From: Phoronis australis
Taxonomy: Eukaryota; Animalia; Phoronida
Direction of reading: 5' to 3'
DNA: 64,000 nt
NCBI GenBank assembly: GCA_002633005.1
Contig: NMRA01000114.1
Location: forward strand, 637,812 to 701,811
The position numbers and the translations under genes were made by a program. The first letter of the stretch is position 1. Every line of letters begins with the position of its first letter. The notes below the pieces were generated by a model that was not told the origin of the DNA, made no database searches, and saw only the letters and a list, made by a program, of their open reading frames with translations. This document shows positions 40,201-53,021 of the stretch, piece after piece.

Positions 40201-43200
40201 AAAAATCGACCCTATCGCCACCTAGCGCTCGTAAAAAACGGAACAAAATAGGGTAAAACTACGGCGTCTACTTCAATGATTTCGCTTGAAGAATAGTAAG
40301 TTATAAAAATACTATTGTTTAATTCAATTATAAGAACAGATTTTAATATTAGATCACCAAAACTGAAATAACGCTGGTTTTCCCGGGCTTTCGGCAGATC
40401 CATTGAGTGACATCGATAGCGGCCATTGCGGCGACAAGACAGTCGTATCTAGGTCATCTTTGATTTGTGCTGCCGTCGACGAATGAGAAGTAATTTATGA
40501 ATCAAATGTATATTAACTTACCTACTGTGAGTTCCTCTCCCTTAGTAATCCTTCGCCGAACATGATAAATTGTATGTCGTCGACAGTAAGGGAAAATCCA
40601 GCGGGTATTCTACTTGACATACTTTTTCGTCTGCTATAGATCTGGGGGCGGGGTTTCGTGACGTCATTAGCAACCGTTGTTGTTTTTACTGTGTCGTGGA
40701 AGCCCAGACTGGCAGATTTGATTGCATTTTTCAACGAATCGTAGCATAGAAAGGGTTGTTTTTGACAGTTAATTGACATGTGGGATGTGTCAGGCAATAA
40801 ATGGGTCAGCTGTCAGCGAGTGAACCAATTCGGGATCGTTTTTTGTGCGAACGCCAGATCGCGGTAAAGTTTAAACTTCAATTTTTGAATTATTTTTATC
40901 TCCGATTTCAAATTGGTTCACCCTGACAAAAATGCAGAATTTTATGCAGTTTAAAATGATATATTAATCAGCGAATTTCATTCACGGACTGCAATGCTAC
41001 GCCCGAAAATCGGACCCCCACTGAGCTGTCACAAAATTTTACGGAAGTGACGAAAATGCGTGTGTAAGCCATTTTTAGTCAAAAAGTTTAGTATTTCATT
41101 TAGGATGAGTGAATGTGTGTTGGACATGCATGGAAAGACGAAGAATCAGTGTTTATCATCATATCAATTTTATTATTATCGAGTAATGATTAAAAGAGAT
41201 ATGACAGTTTGAAAATCTAGAAAAATGGCCGATTTTGTCGATTACAGAAAATCGGCCATTATGGTTTGCTCACCCTAGCAGTAGCTGTATGAAGTCGAAG
41301 ACTGTCGTCAAAATACAGCTAGGTACCACTGTTGTATTTCTTCCGCAGATCTCAAAACTGCACAACGCCAGGTTATTACTGCTCATCACCTCGCCGTGAA
41401 ATTTATATCAACATGTAAAGCTAAAGACCGGATGGGGTGAATGCGAGAGTCACCCGACACTCACCTTGTCCTTGCCCCTTACAACCGTTCAAGTGAAAAA
41501 CAATGCAATAAACATCATTTTCTTGCATAATCCTAGGCTTTTTCTAACAAAGAAAAGTTATGTCGTCGTTTTGAAAACAATACGCTCATGCGCCAATTTT
41601 CTAAATTTTTGCCACATCTCTCGGGAGATGATGATAGCTTGACAACAGCAAAATTTCTTCTGAAATTCGGTTTGCTGGTATCAAAATTCTAAAAGCTTAC
41701 AATGAAGTGAAACCAGGTCCAATAATTTGTTGTGACGTGTACACAACCTCGTGAAAGAACAACAGTTGTTTGAAGAATCGCGAAAAAAGAAACTGGCTAA
41801 TAGGTGACGCAATATTTTATAGCGCCGAAAGCCGACGCAGATGATTGCTTCACAACTTTAACAGCAGAATAACGGTAGAACGCCAAATTTTCCAAAACCA
41901 GAAAATAATTTTATTTACTCAAATAAGTGTGTAATTTTTAATGACACTAATTTTGTGTCATATTTTATCTGGTCATTCTTTTGCCCACATCGGCGCAACG
42001 CTACATATATTTAGTATACAGCTTTCTACCAAGGCTGACATGTTCAATGCCACTAATGCTTTAATATATACGCTACGTGCAAGACCTTCCACATCTTATT
42101 TCTACGACCTTGACGATACAATTCCTCAAGGAAGTTACTTCAAATACGTACCTTAAAAATACAATTATCCTCAGTCATGAAATAGAAAACACAGGTCAAT
42201 AAGTCCTGCTGCAAGAAGGCCAGCAGCACATTGGAATTCATCAGACACAATTAAAGTCCGCAGTATACACGCAAGATAGCCTATATTAGTCTCGTTAGAC
42301 CTAATTTAGAATATGGAGCGTTCATATGGACCCCCATCTACAAACAGACATCGATAGTTTGGAAAGAATTCAACGCAAGGACATACGCTTCATTTGTGGT
42401 GACTACACTTCTAGACAACCAGGCTCAGTTAAATCCATGTTAATTAATATGGGCCTTCCCACTCTCACTGGTTGGAGGAAGGAACTTAAACTTTCGTTTT
42501 TTGACGAGGCAATAACAGGTCATTTCCCCACACTATCTCCGAGCGTCTTGTCAAACCTTTCAGAAATACCCGTGCATCACGTACTAGAAAATTTACAGAC
42601 TATTAAACATCCTCTACAATAATAAACATTCAAAGGAGAAATAATAGGTGCTTCCAACCTATTGTGTGTAAAAAAAGACCTACAAATATTCTTTATTATT
42701 TACACGTACATTACTTGACTGGTCTAGTGGGACTAGTTGTTAACATGACCTGGGACACTAAACTAGCAACTAACTAGTTAGACAGGTGCCCTGATAGTGC
42801 TGCCTCCTCTTGGCATGACTGGCAGATGGGTGACTCTCCCCATTACACTTCTGTTTGACCTTGTGCACATTGACTGTAATGGAAGTCAGTCATCAATTTC
42901 AAGTGCACCGCCTGAGACTCAGTCTCAGGTTGTCCCCTCCCAAATATGGTCTGGGATGTTGGAAAGTGCAACCAGTACCAAGATTCGAGCTGAGTATCTC
43001 TGACATGTTAGCCTAGTGCCTAATCTGTTTAGCGTAGAGGTAATTGCCTATTGGCTGGCGATTTAAAGTGGTGTTGTCCAACTCTGGGTTACACCTGGAA
43101 GTTGCATGATCGTGCAATACTCCTTCCACTTCTTTGAAACAGGTGTATGTACTGGCTATAGGTCTCTGCAACAGTCTTAGCATCTTGAAATTAGGTTTGA

Positions 43201-46200
43201 GCAATGCTCACACTGTGTTCTGGATCCACTTTCCCCAGGGTAGCACCCTCTCCCTCTTGGGGTTTCGTGGGTCTCACCTTAGTTGTGGGCCGATGCTAAA
43301 AATATGTCGATACCGAGACTTGAACCAGGGTTTTCAGTGTGGGATCACAGGCCAGTGATATCAACCATGCTTCACAGGCAGATCTAGGATGTCGAGTTAG
43401 GACCAGGCAACCACAATTTCGAAGGTTGTATGTTCGCCTAGCTGCTATAAACCGCATACACGAGCCTCCTGCATCTGCCTAGATGTGTCTTCATCATTGA
43501 GATAACAATTTCAAAAGTGCTGTCCCTTCATAGTCTCAACTGGTAGTGTCATTGTGTACTAAAATTGCCAAGAAAAAACATCGATGGTGGGTCGACAGAA
43601 TCCTTCGGAAACGTCGCAGATGAATAAGAACTGCAAGCCCATAGGAATACTTGGCCATCGTGTCTCTAAGACGACATTTCGTTATGGCCTGTTAACGACG
43701 CAAAAACCCCACTGACAATTTAACCGACCATTGTGAGCTTGGGTCACTTTTTTGTGACCCTCAAAGGATTTCCGGTTTAGGTCATTAACATGTCAGTATT
43801 TTGTTATATGTTATTTCAGGGTGAGAGGAAAGGGCAGAATAAGTACTACCCTCCTGATTTTGATCCTGCCAAACACTTCAGCCTTGACAAATACCATGGA
43901 ACCCACCCACTGCGGGAGCGAGCGAAAAAAATACATCAAGGCATTCTCGTTATTAGGTATGTATTAGTTAAGCTTATAGCTGTACTGCTTCAGTTTAAAT
44001 ACCACCAAGAAATCTGTATTCCGTAGGTTTGCAGTAAAATCTGTTAATGTTTTGTCTTTAAAGTGGGTGCCAGTGAATCATTCTTGCTATCTCTCGTTGC
44101 CTTTCAAGGTTTGAAATGCCATACAATATCTGGTGTGGCGGTTGTAACAGCCACATTGGTATGGGTGTACGTTACAACGCCGAGAAGAGCAAGATCGGCA
44201 ACTACTACACAACACCCATCTACAAGTTTAGGATGAAGTGTCATTTGTGTGACACGTACTTTGAAATTAAAACCGATCCACAGGTAAGGAGGCTAAAGCA
44301 GTGAACATTTATAAGTTTTCTCCGCGTGGATTTGATCTAGCTTCTGCCTTCAAAGTTTCTGTTTGACCATTTATGTATTCCGCTGAATTTTGAGGGCCAC
44401 TTTGTGTAGACAAATGGGTATTCTGAGACTGTTAGCTGTAGTTTTTTGTAGTAAGTCTTATAATTGAGAATGATAGCTTCTGTAATGCATCGTTTAGTTA
44501 AACATTGCGTTGTGGTCATCACTTATAGTTATTTTCGTTCTGCGTTCCGTAGCTGCAAGAATTTAGCCTGTAAAGTTCGTGTGATCAGCAAACACAGGAG
44601 TCACTTGGTACAAGCTGCATACATACATTTCAATGCGCAGTTCTATTGAATGGTCTGAGCCTGGTAAAGGTAAAACCTCACCAATTTCGGTAAAAAATAA
44701 TTGTCCAATTTTATCTTTTTCATTGTGCAAATGCTTGTAACATTACTGTGGATGGCCACAGCTTCTCAAAACATTGTACGTTAGCTATGGCGTAGAAATT
44801 AAGACTAATAAAGCATCTATTTTATGTCCGGTATTTTTTTATGAAAGAAGTGAAGAAAAAAAATAACCTGTCTGCCAAATTGTGTCCTAAATTGGTGAAA
44901 TTTTACCGTATATCTGTTTAATTGATCAGCTGGCGTATGTTTATTATCATCAGGAGTCATTGAGTTAGGTCATTTCAAATTTAAAAGCCTGTGATGTCCA
45001 TAGTGCCGACTGGCACTGTAGTTATTGTGGTTTGATCGTTTCAGAACCATGATTATGTCATAATTAGTGGAGCTAGAAGGAAAGAACAACGTTGGGACCC
45101 GGCGGAGAATGAACAGATTGTAACCGAAGGTGAGCTACTGTGTCTGGTCTAAAATAGAATTTTCTCCCCTGGAGTCCCGTGGTGGCAGTCTAACACTCTG
45201 CTGGTGGAGCTAAATTCTACTCCATAAATGGCGGTATTATAAAAATATTTAAAAGTCATGCGCCTTGATTTTAATGAATATCAGGCAGACAATGGCGAGA
45301 TTTAGTGTTTTATCATAAAATCACAAAAATAACAGATTTTGTTTTATATCTCGGGTCAAATTTCAAGAAATCTATCTTATCCTACAATATTCTCAGAAAA
45401 ACATTATTCTGCTGTAAAACAGATGTTTTTTTGTCTTATGCTCCACTTAAGTCCTGAAAAATATTTTCTCCTCTGAAAACATATCCATGATTCACGGTTA
45501 CTTTGAAATATTCATCAGTTATTTCTAAACAGTTATATGCTAACAAACACATTACAGAAACTCAATTTTCATGATGCGAATCTTGTTTTCCAAAATTACG
45601 GCAGTAGGGCAGGTAACAATGGATGAGTTTTGATACATACAGTGATTTCTATATTGCTCTAGTGTGTTGGAAGTACCATTTGTTTGTCTTAGATAAAAAC
45701 GATGTCAAGAAGCGTGCGACAGATGCCATGTTCAAGCTGGAACACGGCGTTGACGACAAAGACAAGACAAAAATATCAAAGCCGGCTCTGGGTAAAATAC
45801 AAAATATCCAAAAACGCAGCCGGGATGACTATCTTTTAAACAAGTTAGCAAGACATAAATTCAGAGTGAGTAATCACCTTAGTTAGTAACCCTTCGCATT
45901 TTAATTTACTGAATAATAATTATTGTGGTAATAACCATCACTTTATATTTGATGTGATTTGTTATCATGAACAGTCAACCCTGTAGTGGAAATGTGATGA
46001 AGATTACAGCCAATATTTGCTCGATAGGATGGAATAGTCATTTTCTCATCTCCCTGTTTCTAATTACTTAATATATTTATCGTTAGAATGGAAGATGAAA
46101 GCACAATTTTACAATAATCATTTTTACTAGCACAACAAACAGGATGTTTTCTCCCTGAGGGAATTCTGGTGTGAGTGCATGTGAGTGACGTTTCAAAAAA

Positions 46201-48039
46201 TGTAAAATTACTAACTGTTATATATTTCTTCTTTTTTGACAACTTGGTGTCATCATTTTTGTAATCATAAATTGCAATAGGTGTTGAAATGTCGTTCCAT
46301 TATCGACGGTTAAAAAGTCACTGAAATAGTGTAAAGTGAAAAGATGATCCCCGGAATTAAAATCTATTAAAATATTAGCGTACCATCTGTTCGGCAGTCT
46401 GTATATCGTACCCTTGATAAAGAGTGTACTGCTCGAAACGGGGTCATATTTTAATAGCTGATTTTAATACCGGTGTTCGTCTTTTTACTTTATACTATTT
46501 TTTTCAACCAATGTTTCAGAACGAGAAGAAGTCTTTGAAGCTTTCTGCTGACTCAGACCAAGCGCTGCTGGACCGGTCATCTCTTGAGATCCCTCTGGCG
46601 GCGGAAACTGAACAGGACAAAAGGCTGGCATCACTTTTAAGATACAGTTCATCAGAATGTGAGTTGAGCCCCCAATGCCTTATAATCACATTCTGAACTT
46701 TGGCGACTATTAGCGCAAATATCTGTCGGAAACGAACTGTGTATATAGATTTTATATTGGCTTCAACTTTGTAGGGATGAAGAAACTTCCACAAACATAA
46801 TGCAAAAGACTAGCGGTATTTTTTTATAAAATGTACATTACTTTTTTGTGTGCCCGGAAATGTTATGGTCGCCCATGGCAGTATTGCGTCTGTCGTTTAT
46901 ATCAAAAAGTGCTTGCCATATGTTGGTGAAATTTGGCCCAAAGTAGCGTGACAGAGATGTACCGGCACCTGTAGATTTCCAAATTGATTCGACTACCTTA
47001 GCAGCCTCTTTTGGCTGTTTTGCTATCTGCATTTTGGCCATAAATGGATAAGAAAACGGACAATTGCCGCACAAATGAAAAAGTTCATGTTGACTCGCCG
47101 TTTCGTCTATTCATTATACATCATCAGGTTATAAACAATAAGACATCAGGTTATAAACAATAAGACATCATCAGGTTATAAACAATAAGACATCATCAGG
47201 TTATAAACAATAAGACATCATCCTGTTATATTATAAACAATAAGACATCATCAGGTTGTAAACAATAAGACATCATCAGGTTATAAACAATAAGACATCA
47301 GGTTATAAACAATAAGACATCATCCTGTTATAAACAATAAGACATCATCNNNNNNNNNNNNNNNNNNNNNNNNNNNNNNNNNNNNNNNNNNNNNNNNNGT
47401 ATTTACATTTGTTGCACCTTATTTATGCAAAAAAACTGTGTAGCAGCGTTAAGTGGCTGACAGACGGAGCCACTGAGCCTTGTGACATTTGTTTTGCTGT
47501 TGGATGATTTTGTGTGAACGATATTTATTGAGGATAAAAGTAAGAGATACATCATCTTAACTTCCAGATGGTCCTCAGTTGATGGAAGATTGCTGTGATA
47601 TTCATGCAGCAAACAACTGTGCTTGGATATAATCTCTGCTTAAGGTTAATGGACAGGTTCTGTATTTCATTTTCTAGCTTACGAAGAGAAACAGAAGGAA
47701 AAACGGGATAAGATAGACTCTCGGCCATTGTTTACGACTCCCGGGTCCTCAACTAATGCGTTAGTTGAGGTGAAGAAGAAATTGAACTTGTCAATCAACA
47801 CAAAACTGCCCAACCCCTTCGGAAGTAATGCAAGCAATGGCAAAAAGAACTCTATGAACTTTGGGATTGTGAGGCGAAAAAGTTCAAATAGCAACGATTT
47901 TATGAGTGAGGAAACGAAAAATACATTGGTGAGGGTCGGTGGAGATACGGACTTGGTTGTGGATAGTTGCAGTGAAAGGACTACATCAGGCAGTCTTGTG
48001 AGTAGTTATGGAGATAGTGACAGTGACAGTAATGGGTAG
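37271..48039 (+). CDS. CCDC130: Coiled-coil domain-containing protein 130 / splicing factor YJU2B (~357 aa), 7 coding exons
   Basis: Exons 37271-37273 (ATG only, inferred), 43820-43956, 44109-44283, 45045-45129, 45693-45865, 46520-46658, 47678-48039; 1074 nt with consistent phases. Encodes MGERKGQNKYYPPDFDP..HPLRERAKK..GILVIRFEMPYNIWCGGC..HIGMGVRYNAEK..YYTTPIYKFRMKCHLC..EIKTDPQNHDYVIISGARRKE and an acidic C-terminus SLVSSYGDSDSDSNG. Confidence 0.93.
37432..41277. mobile_element. 3.85-kb TIR DNA transposon with 7-bp TSD (hATw-like), non-autonomous or decayed, in CCDC130 intron 1
   Basis: TIR TAGGGTGAGCAAACCA at 37432-37447 and its reverse complement at 41262-41277; GCAGTAG duplicated at 37425-37431 and 41278-41284; subterminal hairpin at 41224-41260; no intact transposase ORF seen. 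Confidence 0.8.
42190..42730 (+). mobile_element. 5'-truncated non-LTR retrotransposon fragment (CR1/L2-group RT C-terminal region), frameshifted
   Basis: Reads AYISLVRPNLEYGAFI / DPHLQTDIDSLERIQRKDIRFICGDY...SVKSML..MGLPTL, the typical post-RT region of CR1-group LINEs. Confidence 0.8.
43295..43375 (-). repeat. Possible tRNA-derived SINE head
   Basis: Reverse strand contains the B-box-like CCCTGGTTCAAGTCTCGG. Confidence 0.35.
47120..47349. repeat. 22-25 bp minisatellite (CATCATCAGGTTATAAACAATAAGA)n running into an N gap
   Basis: About 9 visible copies in CCDC130 intron 6. Confidence 0.95.
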
Positions 48040-49241
48040 CAGCATAACCCTACTCATTACATCCAGCATGATGCCAGCCAAGGTTGCAGTTATGGTGCTT
48101 TTTCAGGGTTATTATGCTTATGTAGTGTCTAACTTTGGAACTTTATGATGCAATTTATAAACTAAAGTTGGATGTAATGTTTTTAACCCACTGTTTAGTG
48201 ACTTGTTGGCATTTGGCAGCAGTTCACTTTAAATCAATATAGGGCAGTTCTCAATCAATCAGCTGTGGTTTTCAGGATTGGCCACTAGAGGAGTCTCGAT
48301 CTAGTTAGGGAGGCATGTTTGGGCAGTGATGTGTTTAGAAGGAGTTCAGCACAGTACAGGAAAATGTTGTGGTTGTGCGTGTTTCCAGGTGTCTGCTCGA
48401 TAAAAAATTAGCGTAAGTTAGCCGAGCAGTGCTGCCACCTGATGACTTAGATCGGATTTATTTCCATTTTTGTTTTCGGCATACCAGTTGACAGATTTCC
48501 AAAACTTTTGTTTTTAAAATGCTGAAAAGTAAAGTTGTTGAAACAAAGCCAAATATTTTAATTTAACTTTATTTTCCTGAATGGATAATATTAATACAAG
48601 TGTTTGGAACTTATATTGAAAATTTATTCTCACAAAAAAATCAAAAACATACTGGAGCACTTTTTCTGAAAAACTAAATTCATTTGTGGATATTGCAAAT
48701 GTTGTAAAGTTCTGATTATTGTTCAAAACTTTATTAAAACGGTTACAGAAATGTATTACGTGAAATTCTATTTGATTGAAATTAGAGAGACCTGTTACAG
48801 TACAAAACACAAAACTGTTATTCACGTTTTTATTTGTCTACTCTTAAACTGAATTCACAGCTTTTACCATGTTGTAAATGGCAAGTCAAATTTCAGTTGC
48901 ATAATAATTTAGAAATTTGCTCCTCTGTTCAACTCTGACAATTACACAGGTGCTGTGGCCTAATTTTTTATATTTGTGCAGCATCACATGTGACGCGTGG
49001 GTCTAAATACATGCATATGCTAATACATATGTATGTACCACAACTTTATGTATATCTGAAAGGCGGCAACTTATCAAAACAGTCTGGATTCCTAGATCAA
49101 ACGTCATACTGTTTGAACTCCTAGTTATAGAATTTCAGAAACACTACATGTATTTCTGTAATAGAATCACAAAATACTTAGTTTGCAGATTCATTTAATG
49201 CAATTTAACTTTGCGCTGTTAGGCATTGATTAAATTATTTG

Positions 49242-50039
49242 TCACCTTTCTTGAGTTACAACGTACTTCATGATTTCATCGTATAGTGCAAGCACTAGGG
49301 CTCCACTGGCATTTTTGGGTATATTCACGCTGTAGCCTTTGAAGCACCCTGTAATACCCTCCGTACGCAGGAGTTTACCCCAATACTGACCAGCATGTTG
49401 GTACATCTGATTTGTCGTAGTTCTTTCAATAAGCATGGTTTTGTATATCTTCTCAAATGGGTAGGCAACGACACCTGCTGCTGTTGTTGTGTAGAATCCG
49501 ATCAACCATGCAGTGAGGAAATTGCAGTGTTGGGGGTTGTTTAGCAGCATGGCCTTTGCAGTGTAATACCCACCGAAGTAGACCGACCGATTAATTATCA
49601 CATTCTGTGTGGCCACACTAAACCCATGATAGAGTCCCTTGATGCCGTTTGTCTCAACTATGTGATTAAGACATCTCTTGAAATTTCTATGCGTCTTCGC
49701 TTGGCTCAACTTGTAAAAATTCAAAACCTGGTATGTGTTAATTTGCTCAATCGGATAGATGAGAAACTGCGTCGTCAAAGCTGCAGCTCCTCCTGTTGCC
49801 ATATTTGCATGAAGCAGACGCATCGGTTGTTCATGGCTTGTGCCAGTCTTGAAGATGGTTTTGTACTGGTTGAAGAATGCAAAGTTGAGTGTATGTTGGG
49901 GAAAGGTTCGTATGACATTAAAGGCGTTACCAGACCAAAGAGAACGAACCCCTTGCTTCTCGGCAAGTGTGCGAAGGCAGTTGGCAAAGCTTTTGTATTT
50001 GTGTTTTGGTGATACTTGCCCTTTGCTATATTGTTGAAT
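49242..50039 (-). CDS. Second copy of exon 2 of the divergent ANT-like carrier (no exon 1; probable haplotype duplicate)
   Basis: Near-identical to 51295-52092, inside a ~2.05-kb duplication (48465-50515 vs 50517-52567) joined by a single n. Confidence 0.5.
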   Translation of the reverse strand: MQQYSKGQVSPKHKYKSFANCLRTLAEKQGVRSLWSGNAFNVIRTFPQHTLNFAFFNQYKTIFKTGTSHEQPMRLLHANMATGGAAALTTQFLIYPIEQINTYQVLNFYKLSQAKTHRNFKRCLNHIVETNGIKGLYHGFSVATQNVIINRSVYFGGYYTAKAMLLNNPQHCNFLTAWLIGFYTTTAAGVVAYPFEKIYKTMLIERTTTNQMYQHAGQYWGKLLRTEGITGCFKGYSVNIPKNASGALVLALYDEIMKYVVTQER

Positions 50040-51294
50040 CTGAAATCAGAAGAAGAAAACTACGGGTTACTGGTAATGTTAACATTGTTGTTCAGCCATC
50101 TTGTAACAGACTTGATTGGAGTTGTTACGAGAGCTGGACATTAGAAAGTAGTTTTCCTTCAAAATTTTTCCATGTCAAAATGAGAACCCAAACTACGGTG
50201 AGAATTTTCTTCTACAAGTCCTTTAGACTACTTAGCGTGAAATGCAATTGCCTTGTGAACCAAAAACTTTTAAGCATTTTAAACATAGTGCTGATCTCAT
50301 AGGACCGGATACCAGTGACCTCTGGAGGACGAGGAGGCAATTTCACTTTTAATTAAAATGCGTCACGTCTTATCACATGCCTTGTAAAAGGGTTTTTTCA
50401 TAAAGTCAAATAGATTCCCCTATGCCACCCACTGCAAAGAGGTACACAGTGGTACAGCCAGGTGGTGAGACTTACATGATCAGCCCCCATTATTTCCCAA
50501 GTTTCCCAGTACTCANCCATTTCTGTTTTCGGCATACCAGTTGACAGATTTCCAAAACTTTTGTTTTTAAAATGCTGAAAAGTAAAGTTGTTGAAACAAA
50601 GCCAAATATTTTAATTTAACTTTATTTACCTGAATGGATAATATTAATACAAGTGTTTGGAACTTATATTGAAAATTTATTCTCACAAAAAAATCGAAAA
50701 CATACTGGAGCACTTTTTCTGAAAAACTAAATTCATTTGTGGATATTGCAAATGTTGTAAAGTTCTGATTATTGTTCAAAACTTTATTAAAACGGTTACA
50801 GAAATGTATTACGTGAAATTCTCTTTGATTGAAATTAGAGAGACCTGTTACAGTACAAAACACAAAACTGTTATTCATATTTTTATTTGTCTACTCTTAA
50901 ACTGAATTCACAACATTTACCATTTTGTAAATGATAAGTCAAATTTCAGTTGCATAATAATTTAGAAATTTGCTCCTCTGTTCAACTCTGACAAGTACAC
51001 AGGTGCTTTGGCCTAATTTTGGATATTTGTGCAGCATCACATGTGACGCGTGGGTCTAAATACATGCACATGCTAATACATGTGTATGTACCACAGCTTT
51101 ATGTACATCTGAAAGGCAGCAATTTATCAAAACAGTGTGGATTCCTAGATCAAACGTCATACTGTTTGAACTCCTAGTTATAGAATTTCAGAAACACTAC
51201 ATGTATTTCTGTAATAGAATCACAAAATACTTAGTTTGCAAATTCATTTAATGCAATTTAACTTAGCGCTGTTAGGCATTGATTCAATTATTTG

Positions 51295-53021
51295 TCACCT
51301 TTCTTGAGTTACAACGTACTTCATGATTTCATCGTATAGTGCAAGCACTAGGGCTCCACTGGCATTTTTGGGTATATTCACGCTGTAGCCTTTGAAGCAC
51401 CCTGTAATACCCTCTGTATGCAGGAGTTTACCCCAATACTGACCAGCATGTTGGTACATCTGATTTGTCGTAGTTCTTTCAATAAGCATGGTTTTGTATA
51501 TCTTCTCAAATGGGTAGGCAACGACACCTGCTGCTGTTGTTGTGTAGAATCCGATCAACCATGCAGCGAGGAAATTGCAGTGTTGGGGGTTGTTTAGCAG
51601 CATGGCCTTTGCAGTGTAATACCCACCGAAGTAGACCGACCGATTAATTATCACACTCTGTGTGGCCACACTAAACCCATGATAGAGTCCCTTGATGCCG
51701 TTTGTCTCAACTATGTAATTAAGACATCTCTTGAAATTTCTATGCGTCTTCGCTTGGCTCAACTTGTAAAAATTCAAAACCTGGTATGTGTTAATTTGCT
51801 CAATTGGATAGATGAGAAACTGTGTCGTCAAAGCTGCAGCTCCCCCTGTTGCCATATTTGCATGAAGCAGACGCATCGGTTGTTCATGGCTCGTGCCAGT
51901 CTTGAAGATGGTTTTGTACTGATTGAAGAATGCAAAGTTGAGTGTATGTTGGGGAAAGGTTCGTATGACATTAAAGGCGTTACCAGACCAAAGAGAACGA
52001 ACCCCTTGCTTCTGGGCAAGTGTGCGAAGGCAGTTGGCAAAGCTTTTGTATTTGTGTTTTGGTGATACTTGCCCTTTGCTATATTGTTGAATCTGAAATC
52101 AGAAGAAGAAAACTACGGGTTACTGGTAATGTTAACATTGTTGTTCAGACATCTTGTTACAGACTTGATTGGAGTTGTTACGAGAGCTGGACATTAGAAA
52201 GTAGTTTTCCTTCAAAATTTTTCCATGTCAAAATGAGAACCCAAACTACGGTGAGAATTTTCTTCTACAAGTCCTTTAGACTACTTAGCGTGAAATACAA
52301 GTGCCTTGTGAACCAAAAACTTTTAAGCATTTTAAACATAGTGCTGACCTCATAGGACCGAATACCAGTGACCTCTAGAGGACGAGGATGCAATTTCACT
52401 TTTAATTAAAATGCGTCACGTCTTATCACATGTCTTGTAAAAGGGTTTTTTCATGAAGTCAAATAGGTTCCCCTATGCCACCCACTGCAAAGAGGTACAC
52501 AGTGGTACAGCCAGGTGGTGAGACTTGCATGATCAGCCCCTATTATTTCCCAAGTCTCCCAGTGCTCAGTTTTTATTTATGTATTTTTATTTCGAGACAC
52601 AATTTTAGGACAAAGAACAAACATAGACCATGCTCTGTGTTCAAAAGGGGCAACTCTCTGAAATGTCCTACTACAGTCAATGAATTTATCATTGATTATC
52701 ATTGGTCAGCTGCTCAGCACTCAACTCATGATCCCTGCACACACGTGCCAACTCGCAGCACTTTGGGTAACAGTTAATACAAACCCAATAATTTTTTGAC
52801 TTTTACAAAATAGTGATCTAGACAATTTGGCCGGATTAGATTCACATCATGTTTTGTCAAGGACTTGCCTTCAAATACAATTGAGCTCTTTCTAATGGTG
52901 TGAAAACAGATTTGGCAACAACTGAAGAAACGCAGCCTACAGCAAGAGATTTTGTAAAAGAGAATGGATATGTGAACAATTCTTTATCAATACTATCTTT
53001 TGGAGTGAGTGGGGGAGGCAT
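51295..53021 (-). CDS. Divergent animal-type ADP/ATP translocase-like mitochondrial carrier (SLC25 family), 316 aa, 2 exons with a GC-AG intron
   Basis: Exon 1 is 52869-53021 (MPPPLTPK...VAKSVFTPLERAQLYLK|gcaagt). Exon 2 is 51295-52092 (ttcag|IQQYSKGQVSPKHKYKSFANCL...SLWSGNAFNVIRTFPQHTLNFAF...GLYHGFSV...YFGGYYTAKAML...YPFEKIYKTML...GALVLALYDEIMKYVVTQER*). Collinear with SLC25A4/5/6/31; phase-0 join with no stops. Confidence 0.88.

Noticed and set aside
48514-50878. 103-aa AT-rich ORFs at 48514-48825 and 50567-50878
   Set aside because: Low-complexity 3' flanking sequence, duplicated by the assembly; no protein features.
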